From assembly GCA_040285855.1 (NCBI GenBank), contig JAUFOQ010000001.1, forward strand, positions 186,001 to 250,000: 64,000 nucleotides of DNA, written 5' to 3'. The DNA is from Eukaryota sp. GEM-RC1 (taxonomy: Eukaryota). This document shows positions 10,193 through 21,106 of this stretch, in pieces. The translations under genes and the position numbers were made by a program. Position 1 is the stretch's first letter; every line of letters begins with the position of its first letter. A model generated the notes under the pieces. That model was not told where the DNA came from. It saw only the letters and a program-made list of their open reading frames with translations, and did no database searches.

Positions 10193-12718
10193 TAGCACTG
10201 GGCGTTCGGATCAGATTTCACTTCAGATTTCGGATGGGATCGGATTCGGATCGGATTCAGATCCAGTTTTGCTATTTTGTTCGGATTCGGATCAGATTCG
10301 GATTCGAACGTTCGGATTCAGATCGGATTCAGATCCTTTTGTTCGGATTCAGATCGAAGTCAGATATCCGTTATCTGAAACCAATTGTGGTGTATACAAC
10401 TTGTTATTGTTGTAATTATGCAATGATATTTATACTAGTAGCAGATATTTTGACATTAGTAGCCGATCTGTTCTATCAAAGTACTGTAGCAAAATTGATC
10501 AAATACAGATTCTTTCCGCCATTTTTATTCATCCTACAAAGCATGTCTAGTTTCTTCGGTGTAAGCTCTGATGACGATGTCGTTGAAATCCCGCCTTCAG
10601 AATCATCTGTTCATTCTCAAAGAACACAGTCTACTTCTCCCACAACTGAGTCCTCTCCTCCTATGAAAAAAACTCGCACTATGAAAAGTCGCTCTCGTGT
10701 ATGGGATTATTTCAAAATTGATAAAGCACGAAATGTTGTATTTTGCACTTTATGCAATAATTGTGAATACTCAATTGCTCAATCACCACCATCTACTGGG
10801 AACATGAGCAGACATCTCAGTAATAAGCATGGTGATTGGCAAAATGGAAATCCCAGCAACCAACTGACGATGGACTCCTTTTTGGCAGTAGCACCCAGTG
10901 TTAAAACACAAAACGATCTTGAAGAGAGCTTATTGAAACTTATTATCACCCAAAACGTCCCTTTTTCTATCCTTGAATCTACTCATTTGCAAGATTTTGT
11001 GCAGATAAGTCATTCAATGAAGGAAAAACCTACTATACCTTCCAGAAGATCATTTGGCCGACTCCTCAAATCTAAATACTGTGTAGAACGTGAAGAAACC
11101 GCCACCAAAATGCACACTTGTGATTCTTCTATCTGTTTAACTGTTGATGGATGGTCTGGACGCCAACAAAAACACTTTCTGGGCATCACTGCTCATTTTA
11201 TTGATGATGCATTTAACTATCATAGCTTTTGCTTAGATGTTGTAGAAATGGAAATGCAGCAAACCGCCGAGAATCTAAAGGATTTGATCGTTGACATCAT
11301 GTTTAAGTTCAAGTTAATCCACGAGGGAAAATGTCGCGTGTTTGCCATGACCTGTGATAATGCGAGGAATATTGTCAAGGCTGGAAGTCTTCTTAAAGAG
11401 GAGTGGGCCATCGAAACCAGACGATGCGGAGCTCATGTCCTAAATTTGATTGTTAAACAGGGATTGGAACCCATCAAGCCAACCATCTGCAAGGTTAGGG
11501 CTTTTGTCATTTCTTACAGAACTTCAATATTGAAGGGAGTCCTAAATCGGTTCTGTGTTTTAAAGGGGTTTCAAAAGATCAACACTCTGAAGGATGATGT
11601 TGAAACTCGCTGGAACAGCACGTACGACATGTTGAAGAGCTACCAGGATGCCATGATCGTCGTAAAGAACTTCTTTGCAGAACCCAGCGTTTCTAGTGGA
11701 TATTATGAATTGGAACTAAGTGTTGAAGAAGAGTTGAACTTGATTGCAGTAATGAAATTCTTGAAACCGTTTTACACTTGGACTGTGTTTTTGAGCGATC
11801 AATCAATGCCAACTGCTGGCCAAATGATTGTAATAATTGATGATCTTTGTACCCATTTGAACAATTATTCCAGTGCTGAAGCTCCCCGTTTTTTGCAAAA
11901 ATCAGTTATAGAAATGCAGAAGATGATCTTTAAGTATAGTGAACACTTATTTGATGAAATTAATTGTCTAAGTGCTTTACTTGATCCGCGTATAAAGCAG
12001 GATCTGCTTCCTTGCGCAGAAACTGAAAAACTGAATTATGTAGGAAAACTACATACGTTGACTGCAGGTGTAGAAACACAGCCAGGCAAGTCTAAGCCTT
12101 CTTCTGCTAAAAAAGGTAACAATCCGTTTGCAGCAGCAGCTGAGAAGAAGAGAAGTGTTCAATCACCTCAAAATGAAGACGAACTCAACATTTACTTGAA
12201 CGACTTGTATCAAGATCCAGAGGCTGACCCATTGACATACTGGAAAGAGAGAGCAGAGAAATTCCCGAGATTGGTCTCATTAGCAAAGAAGTATTTGGCT
12301 GTACAACCAACTTCGATTCCTTGCGAACGTCTCTTTTCAGTCGCTGGTCGCAATATGACAGCTGGACGAAGTTGCTTAGGAGCAGAAGCTCTTGAAGCTA
12401 TGTGTTCTCTAAAATCTTGGTGGAGTCAGCTTGGTGCTGTAGATGATGAAGATGTTGACTCAGAATAGTACTTGTATTTATTTAAGTGATATAAAGAATA
12501 TGATATTGGTGTTCTCTTATAGTCAAGAAAGGGATAAGAAGATTCTGCTTGTTCGGATTTCAGATCGGATTCGGATCAAGGTAGTTCAGATCGGATCAGA
12601 TTCAGATTAGAGCAGTTCGGATCGGATCGTATTCGGATCAAGGTAGTTCAGATCGGATCAGATTCGGATACAAGAAATTCAGATCGGATCGGATCGGATA
12701 TCTGAACGCCCAGTGCTA
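10193..12718 (+). mobile_element. Full-length autonomous hAT DNA transposon (family A)
   Basis: TIRs TAGCACTGGGCGTTC / GAACGCCCAGTGCTA; exact 8-bp TSD ACTAGATG (10185-10192, 12719-12726); TCGGAT/TCAGAT subterminal repeat arrays at both ends. Confidence 0.96.
10543..12468 (+). CDS. hAT transposase with BED zinc finger (~641 aa, uninterrupted)
   Basis: BED finger VWDYF..C..C...HLSNKH; TVDGWS, TCDNA, CxAHxLNL, TRWNS, LDPR and CERLFS motifs; likely start ATG 10543 (the upstream ORF extension is subterminal repeat). Confidence 0.95.
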   Translation: MSSFFGVSSDDDVVEIPPSESSVHSQRTQSTSPTTESSPPMKKTRTMKSRSRVWDYFKIDKARNVVFCTLCNNCEYSIAQSPPSTGNMSRHLSNKHGDWQNGNPSNQLTMDSFLAVAPSVKTQNDLEESLLKLIITQNVPFSILESTHLQDFVQISHSMKEKPTIPSRRSFGRLLKSKYCVEREETATKMHTCDSSICLTVDGWSGRQQKHFLGITAHFIDDAFNYHSFCLDVVEMEMQQTAENLKDLIVDIMFKFKLIHEGKCRVFAMTCDNARNIVKAGSLLKEEWAIETRRCGAHVLNLIVKQGLEPIKPTICKVRAFVISYRTSILKGVLNRFCVLKGFQKINTLKDDVETRWNSTYDMLKSYQDAMIVVKNFFAEPSVSSGYYELELSVEEELNLIAVMKFLKPFYTWTVFLSDQSMPTAGQMIVIIDDLCTHLNNYSSAEAPRFLQKSVIEMQKMIFKYSEHLFDEINCLSALLDPRIKQDLLPCAETEKLNYVGKLHTLTAGVETQPGKSKPSSAKKGNNPFAAAAEKKRSVQSPQNEDELNIYLNDLYQDPEADPLTYWKERAEKFPRLVSLAKKYLAVQPTSIPCERLFSVAGRNMTAGRSCLGAEALEAMCSLKSWWSQLGAVDDEDVDSE

Positions 12719-13235
12719 ACTAGATGAAATGTTTCAACCCTGTTTCAACATCTTCTTTCATGTACTCACCGTACCATCTTCGTTTCATTCCTTGTTTGAG
12801 ACAAAGAATCTCACCATAAAGCCCAAATGAGATCGTCAGTCATTGATCATGTTTGTTCCCTACCATGTGGCCTATCTACTATACAGTTCTTTCTTTCGTT
12901 ACGGGTCGCCAAGAAAACGAATCTGGTCTTCAAAGTATCCAAATTATGACAAGTACTTTGACCATGCTTTCGATGATTCCACATTGATATTGTGAAAACG
13001 GTCTTTTAAGGAGATAATAGTGAGACTATTGTACTAGACCGTTTTTGATGTAGTTTAATACAGTTTTTTACGTGGCAACAAGTCCTTCTACATTTATTAG
13101 ATTGATGTTTTCTGTTGTCAAGTCTATTCCTCAGATGCTGAGGAGAAGACTTAACTGAGTTCAAAAGTGGAGTCATCTAGTGTTCATATAATACGCTCCA
13201 ATAAATTTCGTGTCGTTGAATTTCCCCTAAATAAC

Positions 13236-16200
13236 ATGCCCAACTTGAAAGAAGAAGTTGTTGTTATGGTGAAAGAGCCAGAGTACACTTCCCAAAAGAA
13301 CCCAAGACTTCGAAGGACAATTGTTGGACTGTTGCTATTGCTGTTGGTGATTGTGGGCATTATTGGTCTATTCCTGATCTATCCTGATGATGTCAGTCCC
13401 CAACCCGATCCTAAATATCCTTCACAGATAAGTCTCTTCTCAGTCAGCTTTAAAGATGATGATATTCGATACACCATATATGTCGACACTACCACTGACA
13501 GTACTCTTATACAAGCCACTGAATCTCCATTGCTCTTCGCTGATGAATTGCTCCCTGCCCAAGGTTATCTACTTCAAAATGACCAACTTCTCAGTCTGGG
13601 TTCTGTTTGCCAACGAGAGGATTCTTCTAAAGTTGGTTTACTTCCTGTTACTGCACAGAAACTCAAAGTAGCAGTTGAAAAGGATCGTCTTGTAGGAAGA
13701 CGTATTTACGGAAAACAAAGCACCTGCTCAATGTATGAAAATCAAATGGGAATGTTTGTTTGCTTGGATGCAGGTCTTACAATTTTGATGTGCGAGGAAG
13801 AAGAGAACCCTGATAGTTGTCTGATATTCAGTGATCATAATGAAGACATCCAAGAAACAGAAGTGTTTTCTGTTGACCACCAATGTCCTGGAAATCCAAG
13901 TTCGTGTTTTTCATATGGACTTTGATGAAAATGAATCCACTGCATTTGATCTCAGCGTGGGAAAGATATGGTCATCACAGTCTTGGGAAGATGAAGACGG
14001 CTTTGAGGAGAAAACTGTTGCTCTGTTCAGATCTGGAATTGAGTACCTTGTAATGGAAGGATCAGCTTCCTGTAGCATTGGTCATGAGTCCACGTTAGGA
14101 CTTTTTCTGCCCATATTCCGTATAGGATTTGATCACGTCACTGAAGGAGTCGAGTATGACGTAGTTGGAGTAAAGACTACATTGTACACTTATGATCTCA
14201 ATGATTTATATTGGGAACTTGACATGCAATTTGAATTGTACTACGGAGAAGGATTTGTTCGAAGAATGTGTTTCATTGATGGTAACTCCCGAGATTGTAC
14301 GACACTTTCAGGTTTTGAAGAAATTCCATCAAATTCTGCGGTTTTCAACATCCCAAAGCTTTGCAGAATTCCTGATTTACCGGAATTCAATTCTTTTCGT
14401 TAGACTTTCTTGATTTTGGCCATGTCTACTTTAATCTCACTAGTAAGCTGTTCAGTCACATCTACGACTCTGAACATCAAATATTCTACCAAAACAGTTC
14501 CACTTATTCATATGATGAAATCAACAGTCAATGTGCTCTTTTGTTTTGCGATTCTCTGTCTTGGGAGGACAAAGATGGAACACCGTGTGAGCTCACACGT
14601 GATCTGGAAAGTTTTTCTTTCCCTTACTGGAAGCTCGATGAGAAGTATGTTAGTCATTTGGACCACATTATCAACACACTGTTTGAACACCATTGCACCA
14701 CCTATACAATGGGCAAAAGAGGCATTGGCTGGATAGATTGGTGTATTGATGATGACGGTGTTCGTAGACGTGTTGAGGGTTATGCTATTGAGAATTACCA
14801 AGTCTACAATGATTTTCATCCTCAACTAAACCTTCCAGATGTTTGCCAAAGTGCTCCAACCATTTACCCACAGAAACCGTTCTTTTCCATAAAGTTGAGA
14901 AGATCAGAACAAGAGTATCGTATTTCAATGAACTTGGACCGTGACATTACTATTACTGAAAGTGCTGATTCTTTGATTTTTTCCGTTGGAGATTTACCTC
15001 GTGCCAAAGGTTACTTCTTAAACAGAAACCAACTCTTTTCAATTAGTCCTATTTGTCAACGTGAGATGTTTGACCGTGTTTCCTCTCTTCCTGTTACTAC
15101 TCAACAACTAAAGACTTCCGTTTTCTCCGATCTTTATTTTGGTGAAAAGATTTATGATGAAGGGAAAACATGTCAAATGTTTCAAAATAACCAGGGAACT
15201 TTCGTGTGTTTAGATGAAGGTTTTACGGTAATGGTATGTAGTGATGAACAGAATCCTGAAACTTGTCTTCTTTTTATTGACCATTTTGAATTAGATTCTC
15301 AATCTGAAATGTGGCATTCTGACTACTTCTGCAGTGAATTTCAAGAGGACGTCTTCAGAGTAGATGTTTCAAGCCTGTCACAAATTATTACATTTAATTT
15401 AAAAAATGATGCAGTTTCAATTGAGGACGATGATTTCCAAATCTTGTTAACTTCTAACAACCTGTACTATTATGATGGTGATGAATGCACTTTTGCATCG
15501 AACGATCGATATGTTTTCTCAGAATTTCTGTACGCTCATAAGATTGGTGTTGATCATGTTGATGAAGATAAAATTGTCGTGATTAACGACTACCACTGTA
15601 AAAAGTTCACGGTAAAATCTAACATTATTGTTCATGAAGTCTACTATGGTGAAGGTTTTATCCATCGTCATTGTTTTACCACTGATGATGAATATGTCTG
15701 TACAGACTACGATTCACCTCGTCGTATCTCAGGAACTTCTCTGTTTGATGTTCCTTCCCTTTGTGTCATTGCTGATTGGACAATTCCGAATTATTTCTCC
15801 ATAGATTGGCCCAATTTGAGTCATTTGTATTTCAATCTAGAAGAACAAATGTTTAGTGGAAGCTATGATTCACAGAACCAGGTCTATATCAACGGAAACA
15901 ACACTTATGTATTTCACGAAAACGATAACAAATGCTCTCAACTTGTTTGTTTTGGTCTAGATTCTCCCGATTCGTTTGGATCTCCATGTCAATGGTGGAC
16001 AGAATGGACTTCTCAAGAAAACCAACTCTCACAGTGGAACTTCAACAAAACAATGATAACGAGAGTCAAAGACGATTCTCTTTGTAAGAAGTACCTTTTG
16101 AATCTGCACTTGAATGGTGTATCACTGAAAATGGTCAGATTCAAGGATTTCGAGAACATATTCTGCAAGGATTCCAGTCCCATTCTTCATCAACTCATTA

Positions 16201-16690
16201 CTTCCATCTTCCTGAGACTTGTAAGACTTCTGTAGAAGTCCATCCTCAACTTCGGTTTGTATCAATGTCTTTTGACTCTAATCAGAACTCCAACTCTGTT
16301 ACAATAGTAGCTGATCTTTTGAATCATAGATTGTATTGGAACAGTTCTTGGCTATATGAAAGTCAAAATGATGAAGATCGTTGGTATGATTTCGCTGATT
16401 GCAGCTGGAAAGATTCACAACCACATTCTACTGAGTTTGATTTACAAGACCTCATAGTAGATGTCCACAATGATATTAGACTTAGCACACGAACCTACCA
16501 TGATGGGACTTGTGTTTTCTTCCACAATAGCAAAGGTAAATACGTTTGCTTGGACAATGGAAATACTGTTATGTTATGTGGAATGATGAATGATCCAAGT
16601 TCTTGTTATTTCTTTAAGGATTGGCAGCGGATGAGTTTTGAAGAATTTGAACATTTTTGGGATGGCAAAATTGAAAATTGTGGTCAGTAG
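13236..16690 (+). CDS. Type II membrane protein with ~7 tandem Cys-rich modules (ependymin/EPDR-like candidate), split by probable frameshift errors
   Basis: N-terminal TM 'TIVGLLLLLLVIVGIIGLFLIY'; recurring 'G.FVCLD.G.T...C...NP.SC..F.D', 'YYGEGF..R.CF' and 'F..P..C' motifs across ORFs 13167-13925, 13831-14403, 14541-16235 and 16265-16690. Confidence 0.75.
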
Positions 16691-18194
16691 TAGTGTGGTT
16701 TTGTTTATGATCCAGATTGTTTGAGTGATTAGATTTAGTAAGCTTGGTGTATAAACATTAACATCACAGGTACTAACACCAGTACTACCTAGCACTGAGA
16801 CCATTATTTGACCTTTCCACTCATAAACTTGACGTCACTCAGCTAGTAATTAATGAATCTGTGACGTAATCATCACACCATTATGGATTTAGCTATGTGA
16901 AGCTGTTTGAGTGGGGAAATCAAGCCGTTCTATGAAGATCTTTGAGCTACTCACAAAAAACTGTCATTATCTGTTATTTGTGACTTCCTGATGTTACATT
17001 TAGTACTCCGGAAAACAGTGAATTAATGTAGAATTCTGAAACAGGGCAGATGCAAACGCAACAGCTACTGAAGAGTCGTGTTCACATCAAGAAGTGTCTG
17101 AAAATTAGCAAACGTGGATAAACGTCTACTAGTTTGGAGGTAAGAAGTTCGTAGTTAAACAGCAGTGGCTCTTTTCAGATGCCACTGTGTATCTTTGTTG
17201 CTATATCGAAATTCAGCCATTATTGATGATGTTGAAGGATGAACGATGGCGTTGAGTTGGACATTTATGGTAAAGTAGTAAGGTAGTAAGAAAAGCAGGG
17301 GAAATATGCAACTTCAAAGAATGCTACGTTCGAAAAGAGACCTTAATACTGCAAATGGGCATGATAAATACAATTCCAAGGACCATGGACTTCTGCAGTC
17401 CAAAGCGTACCTATTGAGCAGCTTTAGAACTCAGAGCGATCCTTGGAAGACAATTTGATCAAAGAAGCAATCCAATGAATAAAGTTCCAGCGGATTAAGA
17501 GATTGAAATAGAATATGAAAGGAAGACTTCATAGCATTGCAGCACCAACTTCAGCGTTGAAGGTCTGTCTTCACAGAAGAGCCAGCATGTACCTTGGAAA
17601 CACATTCAGGGTTGTTCCCTCAGAGTATAACAAGGATTGGTTCTTCAAATCAGTTGACTTACTTATATTTCTTCCTCCACTTTGTCTCGTAATGACGATC
17701 TAAATCACCATATGATTCCGACTTGACGATCCTTATACTTTCTACGTCAAATTCTGTACAAATCTGGTTTGTCCGCCTCTTAACTTTTGCTCCTTGTTGT
17801 GCAATTCTACATCGCTGCTAAGTTCTCTCAAGCCTCTCACCGATGCTATTTGTGGTTCTCTCCTTGGCGTAAGAAGATTATTGATTTGCTTTCTTGGTTG
17901 TGGATCCTCATCATTTTGTGATTTCTCTTAGACTTACGATGTAGTTTTGCTTGTCGTTCAAACAATACTAATAGTTGGTATATTTTGAGAACGTTTTGAC
18001 TTCTATCTGAGGGAACTATCACTTGTTGGATGAATAAATGTTGCAGACTAGTTTCCGTAAGATACCAGTCAAATTCAGTGAAGTTGTATCGGGAATCGAT
18101 TCTGTGGTGTCCAATCTGAGTCCTACAAAGTTGGGTCTACGTTCATGAAGGAAATCAGTGTTAATGCCTTGAGTCAAATTTCAGAATTCAACTG

Positions 18195-18350
18195 CAGTCA
18201 ACTCTCAATTAGTCGAAGCTCGATAACTCGAATCTCTCGATATCTCGAACACATTCTCCGCTCCCAAGCTTTTCCCGTCTAAATTTATGACAAAACTCTC
18301 GATAAGTCGTATCTCGAACAAGTTTGCATGAAAATTCGAGTTATCGAGTC
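18195..18350 (+). mobile_element. Orphan pogo/Tc1-mariner-like terminal region
   Basis: Starts CAGTCAACTCTC followed by repeated CTCGATAxCTCGAA motifs and one inverted copy (TTCGAGTTATCGAG). Confidence 0.5.
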
Positions 18351-18564
18351 ATTACAATTGCTTTACATGCTTCATATAGAACAATAAACACATTTTAAAG
18401 GACTATTGATATGTATTTCGATAATTTGTTTTTAAAAAGTGTATTACCACATCATATGACCTCTTTTGTATACAGTGAATAATTCAAGGCGCCATAAGCA
18501 GAATCTGTTGGATGAACAAAAGGTCTCAATGCTAAAAAAACCGACCGTTTAGTGCCAAATTTTC

Positions 18565-21106
18565 TAGAGATGGGAGCCGGCTAAATTTAGCCGGCTCAGC
18601 TGGCTAGCCGAGCCAGCCGGCTGTCCCAAATTGGAAATATTTCCAGCTGCAAGCCGGCTGGCTCAAATAACTTTTAGCCGGCTCAAGCCGATTATTGAAA
18701 TTTCATTTTTGACAGCTGAAATATTTATAATTCGTTCATGAATTGATACAAACATAACATTGCAGGACATTAAATATTAAAACTATAGAATTTCTATAAA
18801 AATAATCTTTATCAACATTAGCACAATAATCAGCAGTTTACATTCTTCACATCAATTTGCAATGGACATTACTTTGGTCTCTGACAATGAAGAACCTATA
18901 GAAGTATCTCAAAGCAACTCTTCCAACGACATAGTTTCCTTAGAACTCCTCAAGCCTCTTCCCAAAGATATTGCTCCTTTCTTCCAACAGGCGGCCAAGA
19001 AACTCCCAAATGGTGATATAGAAGTGCGTACTGAAACCATCGAATGTAAATTTTGTGTCTCTAAGCGCTACAAGTCATCGACAGCCACAGGTAACTTGCG
19101 TTCTCATGTGAGAAAGCACCATAATAAGCTCTATGAATCTGAAGTTCCTCCCCTTAAAAAGAGTCGACAAATAACTGAATATCTTCAGCCAACAGAACGC
19201 TCCTTCAAAAAAGATCCAAGTGGAGTAATTCCTCTCATTGTTGATCATATTCTTGCTGATCAACATCCATTGTCGTACATTGAATCTCCAACTCTCTTGA
19301 AGATCCTTCAGTTTTACGAACCGTCTGTGAGTCTACCGTGCAGAAAAACGATTACGGATACGATATTGAATTTATTCGCACAAAAAAAGTTATTGCTTCA
19401 AGAAACGCTGGCACTTAACACTTCGAAGATGTCTCTTACGTCCGATTTGTGGACTTCAAATAATGGGACACCCTATATTTCTGTCGTAGGCCACTACATT
19501 AATGACGCATATGAGCTACTTACATGCACTCTCGATATCTCTTACTTGCCTTTTCCGCATACCGCAGAAATGATTTCAGCGAAACTGAACACCATTATTG
19601 CTGATTATGGGCTTCAAACCAAGACACAATCATGGACAACTGACAATGCTGGGAACATTGTGAATGCAGTTGATTTACTGAACGAAAGGTCTGAAAATCA
19701 GCGATGCTTTGCTCATGTTTTAAACATCATGGTCCAGAATGGATTGCCCTTTATACAAGCCAGTATACTTAAGATTCAAAAATTGACGTCTAAAACCCAT
19801 ATGTCCAGTTCATTGAATGAAAAGCTCAAAACTTGCGCCAAAGACACAGGCAAAAATTTCAAAGAATTCCCTCTGACGTTCCTACTCGCTGGAATAGTAC
19901 ATATCTCATGCTAAAAACGTATCACGACCAGTTGGCTATCATTAATTACTTCTTACAAAATGAGCAAATTACTGAACTAATATTATCTGACTTTGAAACA
20001 GTAACATTGTCAAAGCTGTTGAAACTGTTGAAACCATTCTATGATATCACAACCGATCTTTCATCTGCATCTGACGTGACAATTTCCCATACAATTCTGT
20101 ATTGGGAAACCATAAAAGAAGTGCTAGATGTTGAAATTGCCAAATTTGGCCAAGGAGTACTAAACAGCAATTTGGCAGAATTGGAGAATATTCGCCGGAA
20201 GTCAGACCTGCACAAAAAGATGCAGGAATTGAGTGAGGTATATCCAAACAAAGTAACCGGTTTTTGTAGCATCTTTATGAAGAAAATCATTGCTAAGTAC
20301 GATGCCAATGTACTGAATGACACGACCAAGATTGCAACTGTGATGGATCCGTCTATCAAGTTAAGTCCTTTAATGTGGCCAACGCATGTGAACTTGCAGG
20401 AAGTTAGACATCTGCTATTAACACGCCTTCAGGAGGAGTATAGCAGTGAAAATGGAGGAAGAGAAGTGAGAAAGAAGACCAAATCCTTCAGAGCTAAGCT
20501 TAAGATCATCAAAGAATCTGTGTCCCAGAACAGTACCACAGATGAACGTTCTGACTCTGAGGATCTATCAGTTGAAAAGGAGTTACATACGTATCTTTCT
20601 ATGTTTTCGGCCGAGAATGACAATCCCTTAGATTGGTGGAGAGTAAACTCTGAAAACTTTCCTCTGATGAGCAAATTTGCAAGGGATATGTTAGCTGTTC
20701 AAGCGACCTCCGTTAGTAGTGAACGATTGTTTTCACAAACTGGTAACGTAATAACTAAGAAGCGTTCCCGGTTAGATGACACCACGGTAACTGCATTAAT
20801 GTGTTTGCGGTGCTGGCTTTTGAACGAAGAAGATCAGAAAGACGATGAGTAGAGTAGCGATAATTGAAGAATAGGGTAGAATTTATGTATAACAATAATG
20901 AACCACATAAAACAAATCTATCAAAGAGAAGACACTGAAAGCATATGCTTTGACAAAACAGTTAAACAATAAATCTACATCAAACTCATTGCGGCTGAGC
21001 CGGCTAAAGCCGGCTTGAGCCGGCTAAACTATGTTGGAAGCCATAGCCGGCTAACTAGTACCTGCAGCTGAGCCGTGAGCAAAATTTGAGCCGGCTCCCA
21101 TCTATA
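18565..21106 (+). mobile_element. Full-length hAT DNA transposon (family B)
   Basis: TIRs TAGAGATGGGAGCCGGCT / AGCCGGCTCCCATCTATA; exact 8-bp TSD AAATTTTC (18557-18564, 21107-21114). Confidence 0.96.
18862..20852 (+). CDS. hAT transposase with BED finger; single frameshift at ~19860 in an A run
   Basis: C..C...HVRKHH, TSDLWTS, TTDNA, CFAHVLN, then (after a 1-nt shift) DVPTRWNS, MDP, SSERLFS. Confidence 0.92.

Noticed and set aside
10234..10542. N-terminal ~100 aa of the 744-aa ORF
   Set aside because: Translates the TCGGAT subterminal repeats and 5' UTR; the transposase more plausibly starts at ATG 10543.
10200..12710. CRISPR-like or satellite repeats (TCGGAT, AGCCGG arrays)
   Set aside because: Short subterminal repeats of hAT elements; no spacer structure and no cas genes.
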